From assembly GCF_964355755.1 (NCBI RefSeq), contig NC_092674.1, positions 22,754,001 through 22,818,000 of the forward strand: 64,000 nt of DNA. The letters run 5' to 3'. The DNA comes from Antedon mediterranea. Taxonomy: Eukaryota > Animalia > Echinodermata. Both the position numbers and the translations under genes were made by a program. Below, piece after piece: positions 13,001-25,597 of the stretch (within the stretch, counting starts at the first letter, position 1; each line of letters starts with the position of its first letter). The notes under the pieces were generated by a model. It was not told the origin of the DNA, searched no databases, and saw only the letters and a program-made list of their open reading frames with translations.

Positions 13001-16000
13001 TTGTTACAATGATCAGTATTTTAGACACTAACTGTATTATACTATTCTTCCCGTCAGACACCGGAATGGTATAGACAAAAGATGTTGCAAAAGTTCGATG
13101 AGGATTTGGCGGAAACAGTAGTACCAGCACCCTACGCTTACGATGCTATTTGGGCGGCTGCACTTGCGTTCAATGCAACTGAAGCCGATTTGTCTCAAAG
13201 GGGCTTAGGGCTCTTAAATTTTACGTATGAAGACGAATACAACATCACGACCTTGTTGCAGGAAAAAATGAAAACAGTTGATTTCCTTGGTGTTTCCGTG
13301 AGTTTATTACTTTTTTATCTCTAACAACAAGCACATTCAGTACTGTACTTACAAACCCTTTCCTAAAGCAATTTTAAAAATATAGTGCTATTTTTGTGAT
13401 ATTGTGACTGGATTGAAACGACGAACGAGCACGCAAATATAATAAAACAATAATTGATCTAACGTGGTTTTAAATATTGATTATTAATGTGTTATACTAC
13501 ACTATACTTTAATACTATAAAGAACAATATCGATAAGCTTATGGCCTTGGAGTTATCAGTATATTACTAAATAAATAAATATAGATGATCTACACTTAAA
13601 GCACAAACAATCTGTATCCTTAATTTTAAATCGTGCATTATAGTTGAAAGTACAAACCCTTTATGTTCAAAGAATAGCGCTATGTGATATTGTGACGGAA
13701 TTTAAACGACTAACGAGCACGTAAATATAGTAAAACAATAATTGATCCAACGTCGTTCTAAATATTGATTATTATTTATTTTTTGATACTACTATGAACA
13801 AGATCGATAAGCTTATGGCCTTGAAATTATGAGTATATTACTAAATAAATGAATATAGATGATTTCCACTCAAAGCACAACCAAATCTGTAACCTTAATT
13901 TCAAATCAAGCATTAAATTATTTTATTAGGCCTACATAACAAACATTCTTCGTCTGTTAATAAAATTATAAACAAAACTAACATTTTTTGAAATTTGGTT
14001 TGGTAGTTTGTGATGGACATTTTACGCTAACCCTAAATCAAACAGAGAGCATGTGCGCCTCGTTCATAATGCTGCATTTATATATACCTTCAGTAGAGTA
14101 GAGAACATAATATCAAACATAAGCTTTCAACATACTTTATTACAAAATAATATTCATGGTTATCATGATTTTATGATATTATTTTCATCATTCATATTTT
14201 AATATATTTGTACACTATTATGTATTGTTACAATTGTTACTTACGCAAGATTTGGTAATGTATCATTCTAAATTGTATTTAAATCTTTCAGGGACCAATT
14301 AAGTTTACTGATAAAGGAGACAGTCTTGGAATTCTCAAAATATCTCAACTTAAAAGTAAGTTTTTCTAGTAGTGTACAGATGAGTTTAACTTGATAAACA
14401 AACTTACTTTTAATGGCATCAATCTCAATTTTAATAGCATCAATCTCGTTTACGCATGCGTACATTGTAAACTTGCTGTTTCATCGTACCACGTTCTGAT
14501 GTTTGTAAATTAATTATCTTTCTAATCGGGCAAAGCTCAAGACACTGTACTGTCCAATAGCTGGTTGTCTTAGTTATTTATTTCAGCTAAAAAAAAAATC
14601 AAAACGTTGTTTATAGATAAACATATGCTTTTAATTCGATTTTAAAACGTCAATTTGTTTACATAAAATAATGTTAAAACAACACAAAAACATTAAAGAT
14701 GTGTGTATGACGCGCTATGTTACAACTTTTCAAGAAAGACTAGACCTACGTTTGCAAAACTGATTTAGGGTCCGTGTGTCTAAGTGCAGTTTGGAAAATC
14801 AACAATTCGCTTTGTCGTATAATAAAAGTAACATCGGTTCAAGATCACAAAAGATCTTTACGTTTATAGCCATGTCTGAATGGTTTCATATCGTTTTGCT
14901 ACATCACTCGATTCCTGTACGGTTTAATGTGTGTAGCCATGCATTATAACTGTTTCTCTTCTATTCCAAATATCTTGGCTACATCGTTAGCCATGGCATT
15001 AGTTCTAACTATTATATTATTCTATAATAATTAGTAATGTACAATAAAAACAACAACGATTTAAGATCACACAGACCATCTTTACCATCGTAGCTTTTCT
15101 AAAAATAACTGTTTTTACTTATATCTAAATGGTTTGGTCATATCTTGAACGATACATCAGTACTAATTATTGTATTCTACAATTATCAATAATGTACAAT
15201 AAAAAAATGGTTTAAGATCACACAGATTATAGTATTTTTCTAAAAATAACTACTTCTATCTCAAATCGTTTGGCTACATCGTGAGCGATGCATCACCACT
15301 GATTTCTCTATTCTACATGAACAATTAGCAATAAAGTATAATAAAAACAACAGCGGTTCCTTATTGCCTAATAAAATACAGCAGTGTCTTAGTTTTCTAA
15401 CTTGTTTTACTTAAACATTTCAATTTCCTCATCTGTCCTTATTTATGTGACATTTACGATAATATCAAAGTACTAATTGTTCTATTGTACATTCGAAATT
15501 GATAACAATTTACATTCAAAACAACTGCTGTAAATAATGTTTGCCTAATTAGAAAGTGTTCATTGAATGAAAATACTGAATATCCGAAATATTTTTCCTT
15601 TTCTGTACAAATTACGAGCATTACAATTGTGTTTTCATTTCTTTCCCCCATTAGCATTCTTATTTCGTATTTAGCGACGATTGCCCGCAGTCACTGTACA
15701 TTATGATATATAATTGTCATTATTGTTATTACTGGTAGATTAATAATATCTCTGTGCTACTACTGAAGTGAATGTTTAATCAGCATTATACCTCCCTAAT
15801 GAAAATATTTTTCTTTTAGATGGTGTACAACGAGAAATAGCAAGATATTATGGATACAACGATTCGATTGTTTGGGATTATACATTCGATGAAATATGGG
15901 GTACGTTCTGCTACTCTATGTTTTTTCGAAATATATTATTGCTGCTTAGCAGCTTTTCATATTATGCTCAGCAATTTGACCTCATTCATTGCTTGAACCG

Positions 16001-19000
16001 AAAGTTCATTGTTTGTCTACAAAACATTGTCCTAAGATGACCTACACAAAGTTTATGGTTTTCGCTCTCGGGTGAAATCAATTATTACAGGCGACGAATG
16101 TACACTGCATAACCTATTGGGCGAACAATTTGTGGCCTATAGTCGATACTGACGCTATTCATGTCGTCGAACCTTCTAAATGTGTATTTATATCAATGTA
16201 AACGAGAACAGACGTGTTTTGAAATTCTCAGCCACGTTTCAGGTCACAAAGAGGTCACCGATGCGTTTATATACATTGGTTAAATGTCAAAACATAGTTA
16301 ATGAAGCAATTATTGTGGTGGCAAAATATAAGTAGATTTTGATAAAGAACTAATTTACATTTCTGTGATAGTACATCGAATGTCTTCTGAATGCCCCAAG
16401 AGGACGGCTAAAGCAAGCATCTATTTATTAGCAGCTTATTAGCTATATTATAACTAATGTGTGACTCTAATACATCCAACTCTTACAATTATCATTATGT
16501 TAATAGAAAATAGAAATTCATGCTAAAAAACTTACTTATTAAGGCCTAAATTGATATTCTTTGAAATTAATTCTAATGAAATCCCAAAAAATCACACATC
16601 ACTATTAGTGTTTTAAAGAATTACACTTTAAAATGTAAAGTATTATTCTGGTCTTTTAACAATTATTATTCATTTATTTACAGAAAATGGAATTCCGGCA
16701 GATTCGGATCAGACGATTCGATTGACACAAAATATGATGATTTCAGAAAAATTGTTCGTTTTGTACGCTGTTATGTCGGCGTTTGGAGTTATGGCAGCTA
16801 TTGCATTTCTTCTGTTCAATATTGTCTATAGAAATGAACGGTATGTTACGTTTCACAATGTTCATTTACACTGAAATAAAGACCACACTCTCTCTCTCTC
16901 TCGCCCTCAGGACCACTCTCACTCCAAGCCACTCCTTAAATACAACCCTTAATCAAGATCACACTCTCTACACCCTCACTCTAAGCCACGCTCCCTAAAA
17001 AACCACCTCCCCCTAGGCAACACTCCTTAAATACCATCCTCAATGAAGATCACACTCCCTAAAGACCACCCTCCTTCCAGACAACACTCTCTAAAGACCA
17101 CCATTCTCCACAAAACACACTCCATAAAGACCATCCTTTCTTTGGACCACACTCTATAAAGACCACTCTTACTCCAGATCACACTCCATAAAAACTATCA
17201 CCACACCACACTCCAATTGAGTATTTCATTCAAAGAGAGAGCAATTTTTTTTTTTTTTTTGGACCAGGTTAAACCAACTTAGTTTTAGTTTGACTTGCAT
17301 TACGGTTTGTTGGTAAACGTTAAATGAATGCTATCATTCTAGCTTACTTGATAATTTAACAATCCTCCTAAGGGTTAGTGCGCCTCTTGGCCAATATTTA
17401 TAATTGCAAACTTTGTGAATCCTATATCTCTATACCTGTTTCTTTATATCACGTAAATCAAAAAGTTACAATTATTAGAAACTGATCAATCGGTCTTTTA
17501 TTGTTAATTGTAGCTCACTCTCCGACTCTGTGTGGGTTGTATACATACAATACACGTCTTTTATGATTAAAGAATTGTATAATTTATATCATTACATTTT
17601 TTGCTTAAATTACTGTCGTAATACAATTTATCGCCATATAGTAAAAATTTAAAAAGTATAATAGCATAACGCATTGTTGTTGCTATGGTTTTAGAGCATT
17701 TCCTAGATTAAAATGTATATTTTATTAATGTATGAAATGTCTTAAATTATAGTATTGTTATCGACATTCACGTAAAATTAATAATATCTGTTAATGCCTT
17801 TTAGGCGTAACTATGCTATTATATTTTAGTAACTCGCCACACGTTTTTTATTCATTTATTTAAAATAAAATAATGAAAATTATTCAGTTATGATTATATG
17901 ATGCTCCGTGATGCGTATAGATGATGATGATGATAACCCAGTAAATTCTGCTCAAAATCATAATAGGAATACTGTTTGGTTCGACTAAAGTGCCGTTTCT
18001 GTTTAGGAACATGGAACTGATAGTGTCGCAACCAAACATAAAACTTTTGACCAAAGGAGCGCAGCATCCTGTTGTTAGATTGGCTTGGTTATTCTGTTAC
18101 CTCACACTTTCCTGGCGTCACAAAGCCGCTGTGTCATGGCCCTTCGTCGTCGCAAATTTAAAACATCTCCTATAGTAACCTTCAGGGCCCAACGAAGTGT
18201 CCACTAAATTGGGTGTTCCTGTTTGTTTCACAGGAATGTGTCCCTTTTAGATTTCTTTTGTGCACATTTATCTATTTTTCGTCGATCGTTTTCATCCTAG
18301 TGTAAATGGGCCTTAAGACGTATATGTCACTTGACGAGTGAGTGTTATTATCACATTTTGCGTAACTACATCTATGAATAATTAAATTTACTAGTTGATT
18401 TAACTTGACTTTTTATTTCTTTTTAGATTAATCAAGATGTCAAGTCCTAATATGAATAATGTTATTATTTTCGGCTGTATACTTTGTTACATTACTACGG
18501 TCCTCTACGGATTAGATAGTCTGAACCTCGGTGACTACAGATTAAGAGTTATGTGCCAAGTACGTAACTTTTTTAACAATATACTTACAGTACATATATA
18601 TCTTTAATGTTCAAATGTTTAACAAAAGTCAAAATAGAAAGCTTTCGCATTTGATAATACTAATATTGATATGTTTGTTAATATTTTTTCTAAATCTCTA
18701 CGACTCTACGTCGTCTCCGATGTTTGACGAATATAAATTGAACCCATTTTCCCATACACCTCTCTGTCAAAGAAAATAAAAGGATCATGTCAACATTATT
18801 GACAAATAATGGCATTTGAAAAAAAACTATTCTGAAGAAAGATTTCCTTATCCTCTAAATCTCTTATCCTCTAAATCTCTTATCCTCTAAATCTCATATC
18901 TTCTAAAATCTCTTATCCATCATTTAATTGTTTATACTCAACGTCACCCTGGCAATCTCTACCCTGAATATACTGTTCGAATGCGCATGACCAAGATCAA

Positions 19001-22000
19001 TGATAAATCCCATCCAACTACTTAGAAAACACACAAAGGATGCTGCAAACCACGTGTTGAATTAGATGCATTACGTGATAACAAAGCTATTCAGTTGTGG
19101 TTGTCTTTTGAGTTTTTTTGTAATTAATTATACTTACTTTATAAATGTTTTAGTTTAAAGTGCATGTATAATTATTCTTATTATTCTTATATGTATTTAT
19201 TTATTTAAATTTTGTAAGTGCGCTAAGTTCATACATAATTATGATAAATGCATTTAATTGATGTTAACGAATTCTGACCAAACACACACAGGAATGTGTA
19301 ATGCATACAAAACATATTGTAATTTCACCTCGTCACTGAAGGCTAAATAGCTAATGAAAATAGGAATTCTTATAGTACCTGAATAAACTATATACCATTT
19401 AATTTAAATTGAATGTATGAAATGCCATCTGAATAACCGTGGATGACCTAATCCAAGTAAATTCTGGCGTTAGTGAGACGAATTTAGAAGCTTAGGTAGC
19501 TATGACCTCTCGTGTCTGTTTCTAAATTACCGTAACTGAATCGCTAAGCTCATGTCACCTGTCATTCGACATTAGTTAATTTAGCTGAAAGCTTTGGAAA
19601 TTGATGAACTTAATGTCACACAGGATAAAAGTGATTTTTACAGGAAAATAATTAGCTTAGACTGATATGTGTATGTTTTAATAATTGAAATCGTTAATAT
19701 AAGCTTGATTTTAATGTATTATTTTAGAATGTTTGTTTCTATCCCATAATGATGTGTCAAATAAATCTATACATTATATATTTTCAATTTTTTAAGGTCC
19801 AAAAGTGGTGCTTTGCCTTCGGCTTCACATTATCTTTTGGAGCTATGTTTTCCAAAACATGGCGAGTGTACAGTATCTTCACCAACAAGAAGCTACAGAA
19901 ACGAGTATGTACTGTCTTTTATAAAGTAATTTTATGTATACAGACAGAACTCCAGCTTGTATTTCTATTCCAGTAGCTGCTTCTTGCTAGTCTTACTACT
20001 CATGCTACTGCTTTTTGCTAGTCTTACTACTCATGCTGCTGCTTCTTGCTAGTCTTACTACTCAAGCTGCTGCTTCTTGCTAGTCTTACTACTCAAGCTA
20101 CTGCTTCTTGCTAGTCTTACTACTCAAGCTGCTGCTTCTTGCTAGTCTTAATACTCAAGCTGCTGCTTCTTGCTAGTCTTAATACTCAAGCTGCTGCTTC
20201 TTGCTAGTCTTACTACTCAGGCTACTGCTTCTTGCTAGTCTTACTACTCAAGCTACTGCTTCTTGCTAGTCTTACTACTCAAGCTACTGCTTCTTGCTAG
20301 TCTTACTACTCAAGCTGCTGCTTCTTGCTAGTCTTAATACTCAAGTTGCTGCTTCTTGCTAGTCTTACTACTCAAGCTACTGCTTCTTGCTAGTCTTAAT
20401 ACTCAAGCTGCTGCTTCTTGCTAGTCTTAATACTCAAGCTACTGCTTCTTGCTAGTCTTACTACTCAGGCTACTGCTTCTTGCTAGTCTTAATACTCAAG
20501 CTGCTGCTTCTTGCTAGTCTTAATACTCAAGCTGCTGCTTCTTGCTAGTCTTACTACTCAGGCTACTGCTTCTTGCTAGTCTTACTACTCAAGCTACTGC
20601 TTCTTGCTAGTCTTACTACTCAAGCTACTGCTTCTTGCTAGTCTTACTACTCAAGCTGCTGCTTCTTGCTAGTCTTAATACTCAAGTTGCTGCTTCTTGC
20701 TAGTCTTACTACTCAAGCTGCTGCTTCTTGCTAGTCTTACTACTCAAGCTACTGCTTCTTGCTAGTCTTAATACTCAAGCTGCTGCTTCTTGCTAGTCTT
20801 ACTACTCAAGCTACTGCTTCTTGCTAGTCTTACTACTCAAGCTGCTGCTTCTTGCTAGTCTTACTACTCAAGCTACTGCTTCTTGCTAGTCTTACTACTC
20901 AAGCTGCTGTTTCTTGCTAGTCTTACTACTCAAGCTGCTGCTTCTTGCTAGTCTTACTATTCAAGCTGCTGCTTCTTGCTAGTCTTACTACTCAGGCTAC
21001 TGCTTCTTGCTAGTCTTACTACTCAAGCTACTGCTTCTTGCTAGTCTTACTACTCAAGCTGCTGCTTCTTGCTAGTCTTACTACTCAAGCTGCTGCTTCT
21101 TGCTAGTCTTACTACTCAAGCTGCTGCTTCTTGCTAGTCTTACTACTCAAGCTACTGCTTCTTGCTAGTCTTACTACTCAAGCTGCTGCTTCTTGCTAGT
21201 CTTACTACTCAAGCTGCTGCTTCTTGCTAGTCTTACTACTCAAGCTGCAGCTTCTTGCTAGTCTTACTACTCAAGCTACTGCTTCTTGCTAGTCTTACTA
21301 CTCAAGATCCTGCTTCTTGCTAGTCTTACTACTCAAGCTGCTGCTTCTTGCTAGTCTTACTACTCAAGCTACTGCTTCTTGCTAGTCTTAATACTCAAGC
21401 TACTGCTTCTTGCTAGTCTTACTACTCAAGCTGCTGCTTCTTGCTAGTCTTAATACTCAAGCTGCTGCTTCTTGCTAGTCTTACTACTCAAGCTGCTGCT
21501 TCTTGCTAGTCTTAATACTCAAGCTGCTGTTTCTTCTTCAAAGTTTTACCAATCTAACTGTTGGTGCTTGGTGACTTTAATACGGATCAGCTATTTTTAT
21601 ATGCTTTTTTTACTACTCCAGCTTGTGGTTATCTTACAAATATAGCTGTTGCCTCTTGTAGTCCTAATTCTCCAGCTGCTGATAGTTTTACCGACCCAGC
21701 TGTTGGTACTCTTTGCTGGCCTTACTAATCTAGTTTTACTTCTTGCTACTTTTACTAATGTAGCTGTTGGTACCACTTCTTGCTGACCATACTACGGTCC
21801 AGCTATTTGTACTTCTTCGTAGTCATACTGCTCCAGCTGCTACTTCTGCCTAATCTTGCTACTTTATCCTAAAATCACTTCGTGTTGATACTGCTGTAAC
21901 TCCTTTTTCTTTTGCTACTACATTTCTACTAATAATATCATTTGATGGCTCTGCTAATTATGTTGATACCGTATACAAAGCTATACTATTATCTTTTCAG

Positions 22001-25000
22001 GTCATCAAAGACCCACGTCTTCTAGCAATGGTCGGAGTTCTTCTGTTAATTGATTTGGGAATACTTTTGACATGGCAACTGACAGATCCATTAGAAATTA
22101 CGATAAAATCGTTAAGAAACAAAGTAAGAATAGATATGAAATATTGTTACTGTTTGAACATTTTTTTAAAGTTCGTTTAACAATGCAAACTTCGCCATAA
22201 TAATGTGAGGTCGGAAACTACTGTAGAGGGCGTACTGGTAAATGAAGTGGAAGGAATATTATAATTATAACTGTACGATTTATTACGTAATGCACAAATA
22301 TTTGTTTGGATTTTCACTTTCATTTATTTTTTTTTTTAAGAACATAACACGTGAACTTGTTGAATTCAAACATAACAAACTTTAAGTTCCAACAAAGCGG
22401 AAAAAACAAAAAGCAAATAAAAATGTCTTTTGTAGTCACACGTATCTAACTTACTAATGCTCTCAATCTCTAAAAATGAATTCTGTCTTAATACAATTAT
22501 TTAATACAACATAAAGAATTTAAATATGCCAGTAATGCCGTATTAAAACACCACTTAGCGGCAAAAACAAAATGTAAAATGCCAACACCGGTAAACTATG
22601 ATTGACATCTATACACTAAGAATGACATAATAGTTTTGGTTTTTTTAGACTGAAGAAGGAAAGCCAGTGACAATTATCAATATTGAGCAACATTTGTGTC
22701 AGTCAACATATCAACAATATTTTACGGGTGCCCTATATATCTACAAAGGGTTACTGCTCATATTTGGCGCGTTTATAACGTGGCAGACGAGGTAAGTTGT
22801 CTAGTTCTGTGGTACTGCTTTCAAATTAATTTTGTTGCCATGCAGTTAGGAAAGCTTGTTTTAAGATGTTGATGTAGATTTAGTATGTGTGTATATTTGT
22901 TGTAAACTGGTTGTCAATTGTCTGGGATCTTTAGAAACGCCTTAAGTCGAATTAAAACGTGGCTTAACTATAATCAATCACACACGTTAAATTTTCTGTC
23001 GTAAATATATTTCACATAATGTAAACATGTTTTATATACGAATGAATATAATTCATTTGTTTAAAGTAACAGTAAGTACTGTAAAGTAATAAAATAACGT
23101 TGTGCATAGTAGTGTGATAATTTTTATTTCTTAAATATTGATTTTATTTTAAGCTCAATAGACATGAGTGTACATACAGAACATTTACTATTGGTTATAT
23201 GTCTATCACAAACGTGTTTTACATTGAAATTCACTTTAAGTACTTCAAATGTAGTTACATCGTTCATTGATCCTCGGTAGAAAACGTGCAGTATACATTA
23301 GTATTAACTAGACACCAATTTATGTCATGTTTGATTATTTTCTATACATGTGTCAGTACAGTTCATAATATGTTTAGTCGTTGTTATATAGACAGAGCAA
23401 AACCTTCGTAGATACGTCAGAACTATGTAGGTCATGGCATAAAGATTTCATGTACCAATTCTCCAGAATCCATATTTGACGATGAAGTATTGAAACGTGT
23501 TATGTGAAATAATTGTTATATTTTATAATGTATTCATCAATACATTATGCTTTGGAGACATTCATTAATCTAATGTACGCATGCGCAATGCAGATTATTA
23601 CCAATGTGTTAAAAACAGCATGTTTACTTGTAATGATGTATATTATAATGTTCTTCTCGCTATAATAATATTTAGATATGTATGCAATTGTTTCTACATA
23701 GTATGTAACCCCTTTTAAAATAATATTACAATACTGAAGTTATACTGCAGATTAGCCAAATTTAAAACCATATTATTTTAGGTAGTTATACGTATCGCTA
23801 TCCTCGCTAGACGTCATTCAACAGCCTGGGGTCAATGTGACATTGTCCGTCTCTGATTTTCTAATACAACTAGGCCTATAAGTTATAATTAAATTATTGA
23901 TTCTCTGATTTATTGATTTCTGTATCTTCTATGTCAATTCGGAAAATGTAGATCGTTTGCAATTCTATCTAGTTTGGGAACGTACTGAGACTGCTGTAAA
24001 TATTTATATGATGCGTTTTAAACTGAATTGTGTAATAATGTAGGGTTTCAGTACCAAAATGAGGTCTTCAAATACAATTTCAATGTTGGAAAATGTATTC
24101 TCAGAACCACTTTTGAAATCAGTACACAGTCATTAAATATAACAATCAATTTGTGCACATGCGCGCAGAAAGATATTCTTATAAAAAAAATGATTAACCT
24201 TTCGTTGTTACATTTAATTTTACAGAAATGTAAATATTCCTGCTCTTAATGACAGCAAGTATATAGGATTAAGTATTTACAACGTGGTCATCTTCAGTTC
24301 GCTTGGTGTTCCACTGTCATTCCTGCTCCAAGATGATTCCAGCCACAAGTATGTCATCGTTGGTGGTTTCATAATCTTCTGTACAACGTTAACTCTTTGT
24401 CTTCTATTTTTTCCAAAGGTAAGACACATTTATACTGCCTTTTCTAACCATAGGAAGAATTTGTTGTTGCAAATTATGCCATAACATCGTCATTGTTAAT
24501 TCCCACTTTTGTTCTCAAGCGTGGTTTCCACTAGGACGCCACGTAACGGAACATAAGAAGATGCCCTTCCAATATTTGGGAGAAATCAAGCCTGCTATGT
24601 TTGCAGCACTGTTTCGTCGTCGGTTCCCACTTTTGATTACAATACAGCACTTTGCGTCAATACGTCATAGCGTTACGTTACGTTGCGTCGCTAGTAAAAA
24701 CCACGCTTAAACTTAAACCTTTTTTTGTCAGCGATGGTCTTGAATAATTTTATTCTTTCCAAAACTTGTTTGTATTATTATATTTTTTATTATAACTTAT
24801 TTATTATTTTAAAAATACCAACAACCCTGTAATGAAGGATCCAATCTTAAACCTAAAGTTATGTCCTTTCTTTAAACAACTATTTTCATTTATTAAATTA
24901 GGGTTTATCAAATGTATCTGTATGGTAAAGACGATACAATGTTTACACTTAACATACGACTATTCATATAGGTTTACAGTATCATTAATGGCTACGCACC

Positions 25001-25157
25001 GGAAGAAGTTGGAAGTCGTGCCATGTCTAATGTAAACGGACGCCAAGGTTACGGACGTCGGATGGAAGACAGTAATCGTAGAGTTAGTTTACTTGCTAAA
25101 GATCCCTCGTTGGGTTTGAAAATTGAAAACGAAAAGACATCAGAAGTTCAAATATGA
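6917..25157 (+). CDS. GABA-B receptor-like class C GPCR, 5'-partial, 14 exons
   Basis: Exons 6917-7087, 10118-10243, 11506-11571, 12414-12611, 13058-13297, 14292-14355, 15820-15900, 16684-16840, 18427-18559, 19797-19904, 22001-22123, 22649-22791, 24226-24418, 24972-25157. All are AG/GT bounded with compatible phases and splice into one ORF carrying GABA-B family motifs (SYGS.SP, DARIIIG.FY, AYDAIW, IKMSSPN.N, FGAMFSKTWRV, YKGLLL.FG, ALNDSKYIG.SIYN, LFFPK). Confidence 0.93.
8780..10070. repeat. 19-bp minisatellite (tagcaacttacagttacag), intronic
   Basis: gcaactta recurs at 9243, 9262, 9281, 9300; degenerate edges. Confidence 0.9.
10118..10243 (+). CDS. GABA-B-like exon: AMRDFSTRL...DRLKFLK
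   Basis: ctag acceptor, gtaaaa donor, 42 codons, phase 0-0; overlaps ORF 10121..10333. Confidence 0.85.
11506..11571 (+). CDS. GABA-B-like exon: RKDARIIIGNFYEYEAVMVFCQ
   Basis: tacag acceptor, gtaaaa donor, 22 codons; matches GABA-B [20 protein letters not shown]. Confidence 0.9.
11630..12130. repeat. Degenerate ~33-bp tandem repeat with palindromic core gtgataatgttatcac
   Basis: Core recurs about every 33-35 bp. Confidence 0.75.
12190..12350 (+). mobile_element. Deu/Nin-domain-like SINE fragment
   Basis: ttcgagacgagtagcgggttaccctggtgtactag resembles the Deu/Nin core as recalled; A-rich tail tataaataaaata. Confidence 0.45.
12414..12611 (+). CDS. GABA-B-like exon: AYKQGLTGPNHVWMIYGYY...PTISNY
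   Basis: tatag acceptor, gtaaat donor, 66 codons; ORF 12429..12686. Confidence 0.9.
13058..13297 (+). CDS. GABA-B-like exon: TPEWYRQKML...APYAYDAIWAAAL...FLGVS
   Basis: tcag acceptor, gtgagt donor, 80 codons; ORF 13082..13324. Confidence 0.92.
13350..13915. repeat. ~300-bp intronic tandem duplication (2 copies)
   Basis: acaaaccctt...aacgagcacg...atcgataagcttatggccttg...aagcacaa occurs from about 13350 and about 13651. Confidence 0.8.
14292..14355 (+). CDS. GABA-B-like exon: GPIKFTDKGDSLGILKISQLK
   Basis: tttcag acceptor, gtaagt donor, 64 nt, phase 0-1; supplies the expected G..F...GDR segment. Confidence 0.88.
15820..15900 (+). CDS. GABA-B-like exon: (N)GVQREIARYYGYNDSIVWDYTFDEIW
   Basis: ttttag acceptor, gtacgt donor, 81 nt, phase 1-1. 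Confidence 0.85.
16684..16840 (+). CDS. GABA-B-like exon, linker + TM1
   Basis: tacag acceptor, gtatgt donor; (E)NGIPADSDQT...LFVLYAVMSAFGVMAAIAFLLFNIVYRNE(R). Confidence 0.9.
16880..17215. repeat. Degenerate C/A-rich tandem repeat (aaagaccac...cacactcc)
   Basis: Motif recurs at roughly 30-35 bp spacing. Confidence 0.6.
18427..18559 (+). CDS. GABA-B-like exon, TM2
   Basis: ttttag acceptor, gtacgt donor; LIKMSSPNMNNVIIFGCILCYITTVLYGLD...VMCQ. Confidence 0.92.
18848..18918. repeat. 16-bp tandem repeat ttatcctctaaatctc
   Basis: Starts at 18848, 18864, 18880, then degenerate. Confidence 0.85.
19797..19904 (+). CDS. GABA-B-like exon, TM3
   Basis: ttaag acceptor, gtatgt donor; VQKWCFAFGFTLSFGAMFSKTWRVYSIFTNKKLQKR. 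Confidence 0.93.
19975..21535. repeat. 31-bp minisatellite (gctgctgcttcttgctagtcttactactcaa), about 50 copies
   Basis: Two units span 62 bp; few variant positions; degenerate tail to about 21900. Confidence 0.95.
22001..22123 (+). CDS. GABA-B-like exon, TM4
   Basis: tttcag acceptor, gtaaga donor; VIKDPRLLAMVGVLLLIDLGILLTWQLTDPL... Confidence 0.92.
22649..22791 (+). CDS. GABA-B-like exon, ECL2 + TM5
   Basis: ttttag acceptor, gtaagt donor; ...EQHLCQSTYQQYFTGALYIYKGLLLIFGAFITWQT(R). Confidence 0.92.
24226..24418 (+). CDS. GABA-B-like exon, TM6-TM7
   Basis: tacag acceptor, gtaaga donor; NVNIPALNDSKYIGLSIYNVV...CTTLTLCLLFFPK. Confidence 0.93.
24517..24708. mobile_element. MITE, same superfamily, in the last GABA-B-like intron
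   Basis: aagcgtggtttccactag ... ctagtaaaaaccacgctt; internal sequence shared with 52133-52314. Confidence 0.75.
24972..25157 (+). CDS. GABA-B-like terminal exon, 61-aa cytoplasmic tail ending SEVQI*
   Basis: tatag acceptor, phase 0, open to TGA at 25155-25157. Confidence 0.75.
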   Translation, partial: VYSIINGYAPEEVGSRAMSNVNGRQGYGRRMEDSNRRVSLLAKDPSLGLKIENEKTSEVQI

Positions 25158-25409
25158 TTATTACAGTAGAAGTTTATTTATATAGAATACCTATAAAATA
25201 TATAGACGACTATGATATAAGGGTGTATTCACTGGAAAAACAAGAATTTACAGTATAATGGAATCGGTTGATTTAAGCTATAATCTATCCTGGTACATAT
25301 TTCGGCATATGAAGATTAAGAATGCCAATAAGTGACTCTTCACATATCGTCAGCATTCGTACGTTTTAGGTACCTAATAGTACTCCTGAAAATATACTAT
25401 GAAAGAGTG

Positions 25410-25597
25410 GTGATGATACTCAGCCTAATAAAACGTAGCACGTGATACTCATCTCAGCCAAATAAACCGCGTGATTACCAACCAATCAAATGTAGCACGT
25501 GATGCTCAGCCAATCAAATGTAGCTCCTGATGTTCGGCCAACCAAATGTAGCGCGTGATACTCAGCATAATCAGAGACGAGAAATGTGATGCTCGGT
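25410..25597. repeat. 28-bp tandem repeat containing CACGTG and CCAAT
   Basis: gtagc at 25492, 25520, 25548; unit gtagcacgtgatgctcagccaatcaaat. Confidence 0.75.

Noticed and set aside
19975-21535. Regular 31-bp repeats superficially like a CRISPR array
   Set aside because: No unique spacers, no cas genes, and a eukaryotic intronic context.
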